Positions 24,411 through 36,800 of a stretch of DNA of 64,000 bases are shown here, piece by piece (within the stretch, counting starts at the first letter, position 1; each line of letters begins with the position of its first letter). A program made the position numbers and the translations under genes. The notes under the pieces are model-generated. The model did not search any database and was not told where the DNA came from. It was given only the letters and a program-made list of their open reading frames with translations. The DNA comes from Phallusia mammillata (lineage: Eukaryota). Location: positions 21,080,001 to 21,144,000 of the forward strand of contig OZ281495.1 in the NCBI GenBank assembly GCA_965637545.1. The letters are read 5' to 3'.

Positions 24411-27400
24411 ATGATAAGGTCTGAATACCCACCCCGTCCCAATTTACCTATGCCTGCCGGGTCGCAAATGGATTCTTCAAAGGCACTCGCCATCTTGGAA
24501 TTGCTCAAAGAGCCTGGAAACGAAGTATGTGCAGACTGTGGTGCATCGCTGTCAATAGACTGTGCATGGGCTGTCCTATCATACGGAATCCTTGTATGTG
24601 ATGACTGCAAGTTGGTTCACATTGAACTTGAGAACCATTACAATTTACCGGATGCAGGTGGTGCTTCGGACAGCTCATTGAAAGGTGAGTTGATGTTTTA
24701 ACTTATACCTATACAAGTTTATATATTAGACTCATACAAGTATGTGTTAGTTTTGTGATCAATACAACTCTTAATTTTATTGTGATCTATTGTTTTTAGG
24801 CATACTTTCAACCAACATTACCCACTTATGGGAAGAAAAGGACATTGCACAAATACGTGCCAATGGAAATAACAGGTCCAACAGTCGTTTGCTGGTCAAT
24901 GCACCTGTTTGGCAGTATCAGCCATCTGGTAACGATGGTATAAAACTCAAAGTAAGAATGACAGTTTGTTAAAATTAAAAAGTTTAAAATATTCCAACAA
25001 ATTATTTGCATTTCAGGAGTATTGGATCAAATGCAAGTATAGCGGAAACATTCCAGATGCCGCAGAAAATCCAAAAATGGCTGCAAAAAAATCCTTTATT
25101 GGAATTCAATTCACCAGACCAATGCCAAAAGGTTTGCATTTAAACAAAAGCTAACAACATTTCAGTTATATGTCGGAAATGTGTTGCTATATTACCAATA
25201 GGATGCTAAATTTGTGTTGTGTATTGAACAGGAAATTATCCTTGCTGTGCTGTTTTGCAAAACGACACGCTGTATTTGACGTCAGACATCCGCAATGAAG
25301 AGGTGCCTGTAGAATGTGTTGAAACACTGGTTGTAAACTCAAAAAGAATCGGCCATGAAAATGGTGTTCAGATTACATACCGAATCAACGGCGTCAATGG
25401 TAGCTATAAATGTTGTTTAAACCTGCAGTAACCCCTGTGTGAGAGTAATTGAGTTGGCACTTATTAACCAATCCTGCCTACTGTTTTAGATGGCAACACC
25501 GTGGCATTTACCTACTTGCAACATGACAACATGGAGACGGTGATGGACTGGATTAGCCTTGTGCGGTACACAAAATACAACCTCCTCAAGAGGAAGTACC
25601 CTACAATGATTGACAAAAATGTGGCAAAAATACTGAATTGTGGTAAGCTTTAAAGTGACTAAAGTCATGCAAATTTTTCAAATGTAAACAAACAGAAAAA
25701 TGTTGTAATAAAATAAAGGGTAAATACTGTAAAGCTATCATCACCATGTATATTCAATTTTGCAGGTATGGTAAAGGAATCCTACATGCACGTGTCAGGC
25801 CGTGGTCTAATTTATTTGAGTTTAAGTGAGGCTAGGCTGTCCTGCTTTCAACACCATCTTGATGATAAGCCATTGTTCCAAATTGCAGTCAGCAATGTCA
25901 TGAACCTCACAGGTTGACAACAATGAAACATTTTTTTTACATAAAACGAATGCATATATGATGACTTACTTTTATATTTTTGTTTGTAGCAAGTCAATAT
26001 CTTGATGCAGTTGCTTGTTACTTTGACATTGATGCAGGAAAAATTCTCAGTTATGGTGATTGGCTTAATGCCTTGGAACAAGTGTTGAAAACTGATAAAA
26101 TTGCTGCCATGCCAGGTACAGTTTAGCAGTAAACAAATTGGAGAGTAATTTTTTGACAAATGTTATTTTGTTTTTAGATGACATTCCTAAACCAACATTT
26201 CCGTTTTCATTGCTAAAAAAGACTGAAAAGCCCCCACCGCCTGTGGAAAGAACTGAGCCCCAACCAACTGTCAATCATACTGCTCCAGTTGTAACCACTG
26301 CACCACAAACTATTCCAGAAACAAAGAATGTCCAACCTCCACCAACCCAAAGTAAAAAAATAGCTTTTGAGTTAAAACAAATAAGAGTTAAATAAAACCT
26401 GAATTATACATCCTGGCGTACTGTGAATTATACAGAGTATGGAGTCCGTTACTTTAAAAATATGTAATTTTAAATAGTATATATAATTTACCTTTTAATA
26501 ACAAATTATATAATTATTGTTGCAGTTGATGGCGAAAATGAAAATGAAAAAAAGCCAAGCAACTATGAATGCTACCCTCCAATTGGGCCAATGGGAGAAA
26601 TGGGCAAGGTCTTCAGAGGTTTGTAGCCAGTTAATAGATATAAATCTTACTAAACCAAATCTAATGACATAATTATTTATTATTATCACAGGGGAACTTC
26701 CTCCTGAGGCAATCAAGCCACCTCCCCCTAAAAATGAAATGTCCAGAATTGGGGTATTTGGTGAATTTGTTCCCCCTTTGGCAACACCAGTACAACTGCA
26801 GCAAATTAAAAGTAAGCATATTTGATTTTGCTGTTTGTTTGGTTTTGCAACCAATAACACAAAATACATTTTAGCTGCTGGAAACTTTGGAGACTTGGCC
26901 ACTGCTGGCTTGACATCGTTTGCTGCAACATTAAATTCAGCTCAAAGTGCCATCATTCCTGCTACTGGCAAGGAGCCTGGTTGTTATCCACCTATTGGTG
27001 GACCAGCACAGGCTGTGAAACTTCGCTATGACATGAACACATTGATGCAGGCACAGTTACGCAGAGGTAAGCAACACTGTGTCTCGGTATTTATGTGTTA
27101 AATTTTTCTACAAAAAACATCTGCTAAACTTTTCATACTTTGTTAGAGCAAGAGTTGGAAGCAATTCGCAACGGAGCAGCTGCTGAACTTCAGAGTCAGA
27201 ACTCAATGTTTCGAGCAACAATGGCTCAAAAACAGGTTGGTTTTAATTGAAGCTTGTCCAATTAGTGGATTGTTGTCTGTAACCTGTAATACATTACTGG
27301 TTTGCTTTGACATTTTATCAGCTCTATGAACAAAGCCGACTTCCAACAAGCCTGTCACATGTTGGCCGCTTCTCAGAAACAGATGCTGCTGCCTTTTCTC

Positions 27401-30400
27401 AAGCAGCAATATCACAACATTGTAAGTATACTGTGTGTTCAATGAAACATACAACACACACATCAAATGTCTATTGTTAATTGCAGACCAGGGATGGGGT
27501 GATAGTGCCTCAGACAACATCCTGACAGTTCCTTGGAAACCAACAATCAATGGTTATGAGCCTTCCCGTGGCTTTGGTGGTCTCAATACTCAATATCATG
27601 ACCAAATGGCTTGGAATGCTGTCAAACTTCAAGGTTAATATAACTTTTTACATGCAGCCCTGAAGTTTAGTCTTAAAGTTTTACAAAGTTGTTTTATTTT
27701 AGCTGCTGCAGCCATGGAAAGAAATGCTGCTGCAGCTGCACTTGAAAGAAAGATGCCCCAACAGGCTGCGAAAGGGCTCGGTCAGTTTGCTGCATGGGGA
27801 AGACCACCAACAGATATCACTCAACAAGCAGCAGCTTCACTTACAAGAAGTGCCAGCTGGGCAAATCCAAGTCCAGGTGCAGATTTCAACATTGCTATAT
27901 AGTTTTCCTGTGACTAAAGACTGTTCTTTTATGTGTGTAAATTATCAGGATAAACACTGACAAGTAGGGTAATTTATTGCTTTTTCAAAAACAGATAATT
28001 ATCTGATTATAATCAAACAAACTACAACATAATGGTGACAGACAAACAAAGTGTCTGTTTGTTCAACAAAATTTTATTTTTCAAAAAATTTCAAATTTTT
28101 TTTTTAAATTTTTAATTTTATTTAAATTATAAATTCTTAAATACTTTTTTCAGTTGGCATGGACCACTGGCCTGGAAAATCACCCACAAGTCCAGTGGAT
28201 ACATTTGGTTTGGCAGCTTCACGTGATGCAAGAGGATCAACTGACTTTAGTGCTAGTGCTGGGACTCGTGGATTTGGCATTAATGGAAAAGTCACACGAA
28301 GTGAGTCTACATCTGCATCCCCATCTGGTGTTAACAGGGAACAACAAATGATCATTGAAAATCTTCTTTGCCAATGGAAATCTGCTGAACAGAAACTGCT
28401 TAGCCTTATTCACAATGGTTATGTGCCAGCATCTGACATGACCCCAGCAGGCAAGTCTTTTTACCTATCATGCTCCTATTTTAATTCAATCATATTATTA
28501 GATCTTACTGCTGTGTCACAGGTTTAGACAAAGACAGTGCAGAACATGCCTACACATGTGTATCTGAACTATTTGAGCTCTTGTGGAAACAACGTTATGA
28601 TCTTGCGCTGTCATTCCTGCGTGGCTTCCGTGAAGTGTTTGCAAAATCAGTTCACTCAGAAATACGGAGTCTTTTCATTGGTGAGTGACATGTGCATGCA
28701 TATCGCGATTCTCTGTATGAATTCCATTAAGATACTACACTTTCCCTTTTAAGTGTGTGACTATGAAATTCTCCTAATCTTTGTAGCGTTGAATGTTTTG
28801 ACATCAGTTTTTATATTATCTTGATGCTTGTGGCAGGTGTGGGAGAATTAGACACCATGAAGCAGATATTCATCCAGCAAGGCAAAGAGAAGTTTCTGTC
28901 CGGCAACTCTGGTGGACCTGTCACTTGGAAACAGCCAACTCCACCACCTACACAACCTGAAACATCGTGGCCAACACCCAGTAAGACAAATGGTAACTTG
29001 GGTAAATTGATTCTGTTTAAATTTGTTACAGTATTTTCATGTACTTAATTTTTTTACAAAAACTTTGTGCGCATTTTATGAGAAAGTTTAATCATAAAAG
29101 TTTGGATAAATGTACAAATTTTAAAATTTCTTATCTGGTTGCACTTTGCTGTGTGAAAGAATACTGTCATATATATACATCTGAATAAACACTGCATGGT
29201 TGACATTAGTTTGTGGCACAGCAGCTAATTTAAGCTTATGGCAATATTTGTGTGGTGCAATGCACACATAACGTGACCTGTAATTGCTTAACAAAGCTGC
29301 TTCCGTTTCTGTCTGGCACAGTTTCAACTTCTCAACACAGGAAGTGACTCACTGTGTTTATAAGGCATTTTCAAAAAAGATTGTTTCTTCAAATCCAGGC
29401 ACTCTGCCCCTTCGAGAATCTCCAACTGACTTTTCACCCTGGGGCTACTTCTCAGCCACATCTTCAGAGTCTTCTTCATTGTGGGGTGCAACATCTACTA
29501 CATATTCATCAAGTCGAACTGCTTCACTCAGTTCTGACCCATGGAGCTCAAGTGGTGTGTTCTCTGGCTCAAGTAAGAACAGCTTTTTTGTTTTATTTGG
29601 GCCATGTAAAATCTTATTTGTGCCCAGTTTTGATTTAGTATTAAAAACCAAAGGTTCATTTTTTAAAAAAATAGCTGCTTTAATGTTTTTGGTGCTACAA
29701 AACCTTATGTGTACACCCAGGGCAATCACTGTAAACTAAAAGGTGTGCTTTTAGACTCGATTACACCAACTTCATCATTCAATCGAGCCCCATCTCGTCC
29801 AGTGGCTAGATCCAGCATCGGTGAAAACTCTCCACCGGAAGGTTCGTTTGGATCCAAAACCTCTTCAAAGTGAGTGCATTTTGTGTTACATACTCAATTG
29901 TGGCTGATCTCTGTTGCTGAGCTTTAAAAGCACTTATTTAGATGCTTGACATGATTTGAATTGTCATAGAGTACTTCCATTGATTTTCTATGTTTTTTTC
30001 TTTGACTTTAGGAGCCCATCGCCACGTGTTACTACACCAACAACAGGATTTGATGCAACTACACTCAGTGGCATCGAAACAACCCTTAAAAACATATTCT
30101 GTAAGTTGTGAATTTATTTATTTGGTAAACATTTTGCCATTGTGCAAATTAAATATTAGCTATGGATGGTGTAAGTAGCCCAAATTGTCTGATATTTGTT
30201 GGTTTGTACTTTTGACATGGACCATATTGATTAAGTGAATGCTTGGGAGAAATAAATATTGGTAATTGTTTTCGGATATCCTGGATTGTCGTTTTGCTGT
30301 TCGCTCACATAAGTTTGTTTCTCTATCAATAAGGGTCCATAAGTGTGCTTTGTAACCTAGCTACAGCAACTCATAGCTAACGATTAACCGTTTCGCTATC

Positions 30401-30487
30401 TGCTTCCATGCAATGTTTACATAACTTTTGTTGTCGGCAGTTTCTCTCACCAACTTACTTTTGATTGCAGTGAATTCCGCCGAGTAA
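24411..30487 (+). CDS. Divergent ADAP/centaurin-alpha-like protein: degenerate ArfGAP zinc finger, two PH domains, long Pro/Ser-rich tail with a helical domain; roughly 1050-1100 aa
   Basis: About 22 hand-spliced exons. LELLKEPGNEVCADCG...WA...GILVCDDC, LWEEKDI...NGN, LKEYWIKCKY, RIGHENGVQITY, VMDWISLVRYTKYNLL, VKESYM and DWLNALEQV align in order to ADAP1. The 3' end (last exon 30471-30487, LNSAE*) and the start codon choice are tentative. Confidence 0.8.
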
Positions 30488-33203
30488 GGCCCTCGGGCCA
30501 CGCTGCACAGCACCTGCAGCGGCAGCAGCAGCAGGAGCGACCAGTCGTTACCGTTTCCCACACAGTTCACTCGTCGCCCAGCCGAACGCAAGTAAACCCG
30601 TTTTGTTTCTTACATGTTTTCAAATGTTGCCTTTCTCGGCGTGCGACGGTTATCGTTGTTTCGCTTCCCCAACGCCAAAAAACCAAAGTTGCAGTGTTTA
30701 CTGTGTATATTCATGTTCTCGCCCAACCTTTACAGTAGCACTCTCTAGTACTAAGCTGTGCGCCGCGCCCCTGAAGCGCGCATTTTTCTGTGCTGTGTAT
30801 GTGCGCGTGTGCAGTGTTTTATTCTCTCTCGCCCCAGAATCGCGGCACAAGAAATACTCTGCTGTCTACTATAGGGTTTGAATTTTGAGATCTCCGACAA
30901 ATTTGTTCCATATACAAGTTTATGTGGCTTGCACTCCATTTTTTCTGTTCGCTCCATTTTTTGTTCATCGTCTTCACAGTTTCCTGCGTCTCCGCCCGCC
31001 CGCGGTGCGTTGTCAGCCCTCCCTTTGTTTATTCACACGTTTTTGGTTCTTTTGCACATATTTAGGGGCAATCGCGTCCTTACCTTAACCGCCGCGACCG
31101 TCGCGACGTCCAAAAACACGAAAAAAACTCCGTGTCGCAGCAGTCAGCGTAAATGTACCCGCACACGTTACCTATGTCAATGCAGGTCGAAAAAAATAAC
31201 CCATCGCGTCGTAATTTTGCGCTGATCGATTATTACACATCCTACTTCCAGTCGCCACAGCAACATCCCAGTATTCTCTTGGTCAATGGAAATATCTCTT
31301 TTTTTTACCATCCGTCCCTCGTCTGCCCAACATTCCTGTGCGCATTTACGAGCTCACGCGCGTGTGTGTTTCGTGTGCTGTGACCGCGATGGGCGCTCCT
31401 CGTCTCGCTGTTTGTTTGTGTGCGTGTTCGCGCGTGAGGCGCCTGCCTGGGCTTGTATCGCCCGCGCGCGTGCATGTGTGTATGTGCGTTCTGTTCGTTT
31501 TTTACGCCTACCTGCACGATGAGCAATTGTTTCCCCCCTGTGTGCTACCGCGTTGTTCCTTGCCACGTGCATAACCACCCCGTTGCAAATTGTTTCCTTA
31601 TGCTTTTTCTGTTCTTGCGTTTACAAGGTGAATTTGTCTCGCGCCAGACTCGACGCCTACTCCTGTGCGGCTTCCATATCGGATAAACAACAATATTTTC
31701 CCAATGCAAATACCTGGCAACTTCGCCGCAGTGTAAACCTGGCTATAGCGTCCAACAGTCATGATATAGTTAACACCGGAGTCGTTGTTTTGTGTTTTTT
31801 GTCTTTTAATTATGCGGAGTTTAAGTCATTTGACCTGATAATGATTGTGGACCAACGTCTTGGTGCCATATAGTACTGACTGTGATTTGCTTGTGCGACA
31901 AAGCACTTCAGCCCGCGATCAACAGCTGTAAAAGGAAAAACCTTAACAATGCTGAGCGTTTTTGTAAACTCGATACCGTCCGTTTCCAACCAGCTCAAAT
32001 TACCACGTAGGAAGCGTCGTCAATCAGTTTCGCGTGTTTGCCCGAAAGCGTCGACTGCCAATTTGGTTCCTCTCGCATACCACCGTTCTTCCATGTCGTG
32101 TCAACCCATATCAAAGCCGTTGAAAGCGTCCTAACCAGCCCTTTGCTAACAGGAGTGTGTGTCTTAATTTCTGCGCTATGCAAGACCTGCTATAATCCAA
32201 TTGCAATTGTTCTGTGCAAGTGTTCGCCATTATCCTTTTGTCAGGAAAGTAAAATGCAACAAAACGCCCACTATGATCCGATAAATGAACTTTGCTAGTA
32301 GATGCCACCCACGTGTCAACAAAAACAAAATCAGTGCGTAAAAAGTTCGACCCAGATAAAACCGCCAATTAAAATACAGTCGACGTCGATTTTCTAAAAA
32401 AAAGAGATTAACCTTTTGTCGCCATAGAAACTCGGCTGCAAAATTTGTTCTGTCCCTAAAATGGCAGCAATGACTTGTGACACGTGCATGTGCGCTGCTG
32501 CCCCAAAACGGTCCCAACTTGCGCAGTGTGGCGGGATCTTGTATCTTCCATAGGCGAAATAATAGGACGCAGGGTTCGAACTGGTGGCGGTCGTGTCTTT
32601 TTGCAGTTGGGTCAGTTAGTATGTGTCTATGCTGGGTGTGCTATTGATTTTGTAATACTCCCCGTCAAAGTGCAATAAATAGCCTTCACTTTCCGGTTTG
32701 CCGCCGCTTAAAAGTGTAGCTGGCCGTCGCGCCCCCAGGAGGCTCATTCGTATTCGATCAAAAGACTGAAAGTTATGGAGGCACAAACCACTAACCAAGC
32801 CCCGTCTTGTGTTTCAACCCCTTCGTGCGAACATTGTGTGGTATGTGCCTTAGTCTTCACTCATTTATTTCAGCAAAACTATAAAAAAAAACGAAAAAAA
32901 AACGCGTTTGTACAATATAATACTGTGAGCTCAAGCCGAGTGCGTGTGTTCTCTCTGTGTGTGTATGTGTATTAGTCCTTCTGTGTTCTCCCCCCGCAAC
33001 TGTTGCTGTCTTGTCATTTCTGTCGTTTATTATAGCTGTCACGCCATTTGATTGTATGGCGATACCGGTGTATTAGTCGTAGGGTAGCAACTAACGTTCT
33101 GTGCCTTGTTAGTGTAAAGAGATTTCTCAGTTCTTATCTTATATGGACGCCATCAGTATGGAACGGTATCCCAAAGTCGGTACTATAGCGCTTTGCAGTC
33201 TCG

Positions 33204-33892
33204 TTAAACAGGACTTTTTGCATTATAATTCCCACCCGAATGGTCGTTCTGGGTTTGGATATGAAACTTTTGGTGCATGCTGTTTAAAACCACCTTTTTT
33301 TCCAAAATCCGCTTGCTTTTTTCACCTAAAACTTACCTAATTCGCCCGATAAGCTTGACCATTTCTTTACTGAATAGATGTGTAATTGGTGTGCGACTTT
33401 TGTCTATTCCATGTGGTGTTAACACTCCAAACGCAGGGTCCACAGCCGTAATGAGCTTGTCGATATCTTTTGCGTCGTCTTTTTGGGACAATCGAAACAA
33501 ATGTTGCTTATTCGCTTGACAAAAGCTATGACAATAAATAAAGTAGGAGTCACCGATTTGCACAGCACAGTAAAAACAATGACCCGCCGCCGGTTCACAA
33601 GGTTTCAATTGCTAATCGCCTAAAACAGGGTAAAATTTTCTTAAAGGCCTTCTCCTCACTTAGAATATATCAAAACATGACGCTTAAATTTTGAAGCCGT
33701 TTTGTTTCGCAGCTTTTTCATCTTTTCTAGTGTCTTCACCAGGTCGCAAGAGAGATTAAAATGTCCTTCGTCCTATTGTCTAGCCACTAACGTGTATTCG
33801 TATATATTTGCTTCTCACCACAACAAAAGCATGAGCCAAATTGCCTTCCTTCGCGCCCCCAATTTCGCAAAATTGTCAGCCGTATATTGCAT
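33204..33892 (-). CDS. Tentative 3-exon orphan gene for a roughly 112-aa secreted protein
   Basis: Exons 33819-33892, 33337-33525 and 33204-33279 join in frame via GTGAGA/GTAAGT donors and AG acceptors. The N-terminus MQYTADNFAKLGARRKAIWLMLLLCFCQA looks like a signal peptide. No homology recognised. Confidence 0.3.
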
Positions 33893-36800
33893 TGTTTCCC
33901 TAGTTCTGCGATCACTGTTAAAATTTTCGTCGAAGGTGTTTTCAACATTATCAAATTCTGAGGCCTTTTCGAGTCTCACCCTCAATCTTATAGTTCTCCG
34001 CATTGAACATAGCAAAACCAGAAGCGCACGTTTTCGGGATAATTGTATGTGAACAATTTAACCCAATAAACAAATTAATTGGTTCTCTTCGCAAGCAGCA
34101 CTTGTTACATAGGCGGTCCATCTTAACTTGATTTTTTTGTGTTTTTTTCGCGTACTTCACACGGCGCCGGGTTGGGCCCAAAAAAAATCTTTAAAAAATG
34201 AACTTCATCAAAAAATCCGCCCGGCGCCGGCCCCAGTGCAATTGGCGTCGCCCCTTGTGTCCACGGCGCCCTCGCGTGTAGGTTTCGTTTGGCGATCCTG
34301 CGTCAATGGCAATCGCGCGAATCCCAAGATCTTTCTCTGAGTGCTTCCAAGTGCGAATATTATTGCAAAATCGACTGGAACTCGAAAGTGCCAAAAATGC
34401 TATGCACGCCTCTTTTCCTTTCATCCCTACTTGCCGTGCATTACCAGTATTTCGAACTCTCTCCTTATTTCCTACGTAGTAATGAGCCAATTAATGCGTA
34501 ATTAACAGACAGATAATCTCATGGGTCACGAAATCCTATTTGGTGTTAGCTAAAGGACACCTGTAGTAAAAAAACGAAGCAGCATTTCAATTTTCCAACG
34601 CAGCAACTGGCAACCAAATTCATTTTGTTCCGTACCCCCATCTTAACGTTTACTCATGTATAGGTTTGTGCACTGTGCGCCGCACCCAAGCAGTCTTGAA
34701 TCATATTGTTGAGATATTTCAGCTGTAACCACACTGTACAAGCACGCATTTCCACGTCTATAAATACGGCGCACATTGGCGCCATATCTTGCACATCCGC
34801 GCTATGACAGAAGCCATCTGATAATATCCTTCTACGTTAACATAAATTTTCTCCGTACCAGCTTTTTCCCACCCTTTCGGAAACGGCAATAACTATTTGA
34901 AAGGCCATTGCGTTCAGCGGTGACAAATGTCGGCAATATTGTCAGTTCCCTTTCCGCCGGGCTCCCTCTGTTAGTTCGTCCATATATATTTCGTGTCGCC
35001 TAGTTTTGTGTCACTACCAGCTGTTTTTAGAGTGTTCCTGTTCTCAATACGCTTCTGTCTGTATATTACCACTAAGCTGCTTCGATTTTCTGTATATTTT
35101 GCGACGCCAGATAGTAAATATTGCAAACCATGCAAAAGGTGACAAAAATTAATGGAATCGAGAAAAAACGAGAAAAAAATCCATCGTTTAAACACTAATC
35201 TCTTCACTAAGACTGGCTTTTTTAGTTTTCTTCAAAACAGTAATTTCGTGTTCAGGTGTTTTTAGCTTCGTGGGTGCGCGTAAACATCCCGGTACCATTA
35301 AGCCTTCAGTTAGTTCCCTGTTATTTTTTCTCACCATCAACACATGCATCGATATGGTTGCTAATCGCGGCGTCATGCACACATGGATCAAGTTGCCCAA
35401 AAAGTGAAGTGTTATTTGTAAGTTAACTACCGTATTTCGCCCTTTTTTTCGAAAGTGAACTAAACCGTAGTAACACGGCGGCTTCGTTGGACCAATGTGC
35501 TCAAACCAACCCCGCTACTTAACTGTGCACAGTAACCCGCAATCACACCAGTTCGTTTTCTACATTTACCTAACCACGTTTTTGCTCCACACTCCACACT
35601 CTACAATCTCGGCCAAAACTTTGGCTGCCGCTTCGTCCCATCACCCATAACATGTTACCGGGCGTGTCAATAATGCCGCAGTGAACGCTTGTACCGGGCG
35701 TGTCAAAACGCACTGTTGTGCATTCACCTCTAAAACCCGTCTTGCCTAATGCACTTCTCTGCGGATACACACATGTGCGTACAAAAATTACACAACTATC
35801 TCCGAATGCCGGTCATACAGAAAGCCGCTAAGTCTCTGTAGTTACTACACGTTTATAAATCATCCGGTGTTCCTTTATAGTTTATACCATATTTTGACGG
35901 ACAACATTTGTGACAGATTTGTTCTGGTAAACCGCAGTATTTTTTGTCATGTTATTGGCGCTTGATGGCACTGTTTTTCGATGACGTAATCATCGTAAAA
36001 ATACTAATCAACGTGTTACTAACACACAGCCCTTAGAGAAGAGCTTAATCCATTATGTTTCTACAACGTTAGTAATGTCGCGAGCCCTTTGCCTGCTTTT
36101 CTAACTACTACTACTATTATTATTATTACCACTTCGAATGCAAATCGCCTTTGTTACAAAAAAGCTACCTAAAAAAACTATTCAAAAAAATGTTCTCGAA
36201 AAAATTTAAAAAATCTTACAAAAAAATTTCTTATGCTATAGCGATTGTATCCAGTGTTTTCTTTTCCGCTCGCCTGTGTTTTTTTATCCGCTATGCATTG
36301 TTGACGCGTACTTGACACGTATTTTTTGTTTATTTGTGGTGGCGATCAAACCTGCTTTTGTCGATCCTGACCCGCTATAGTTCGGAGCTCGTCACTTCGT
36401 CCGTAGGCGAGTTGCGCTTATTGTTGTCTTACAAGGATTTTTACCGGTGATGCAGTTCCCCGTTTAGTAGATAAAACATACACCGAAAACATTCGACTTT
36501 CTTAACACTAATCGAATTTACCAGCATCGTCATGCTTTCCAACCATTTCAGTGCAAAGTATTTCTTACCCACCCCATTACATTGTAGCCATCGTTTTCTG
36601 ATTTAAGTTTAAACAGTCCAAGTTACTGCGCCATTCATATCAGTTTTGGTACTTGCCCGCGTTTTAGAGACGGTTTTTATTGTGTTTTTACCAGACAGCT
36701 CTTCTATAGGGGATTTTTTAATACCGGTTTAATACACACCTTCCCTCTGTTGCTGTTCAGCCCTTGACTCAAAGCGAGAGCATTCCAGCTGTAAAACTTG

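Noticed and set aside
30600-31700. Many overlapping 60-115 aa ORFs on both strands
   Set aside because: Explained by GC/GT-rich low-complexity sequence with few stop codons; no coding signature.
33560-33610. AAGHCFYCAV resembling an OTU protease catalytic motif
   Set aside because: Lacks the Asp of D-G-x-C, has no downstream His motif, and falls in an intron of the tentative gene model.
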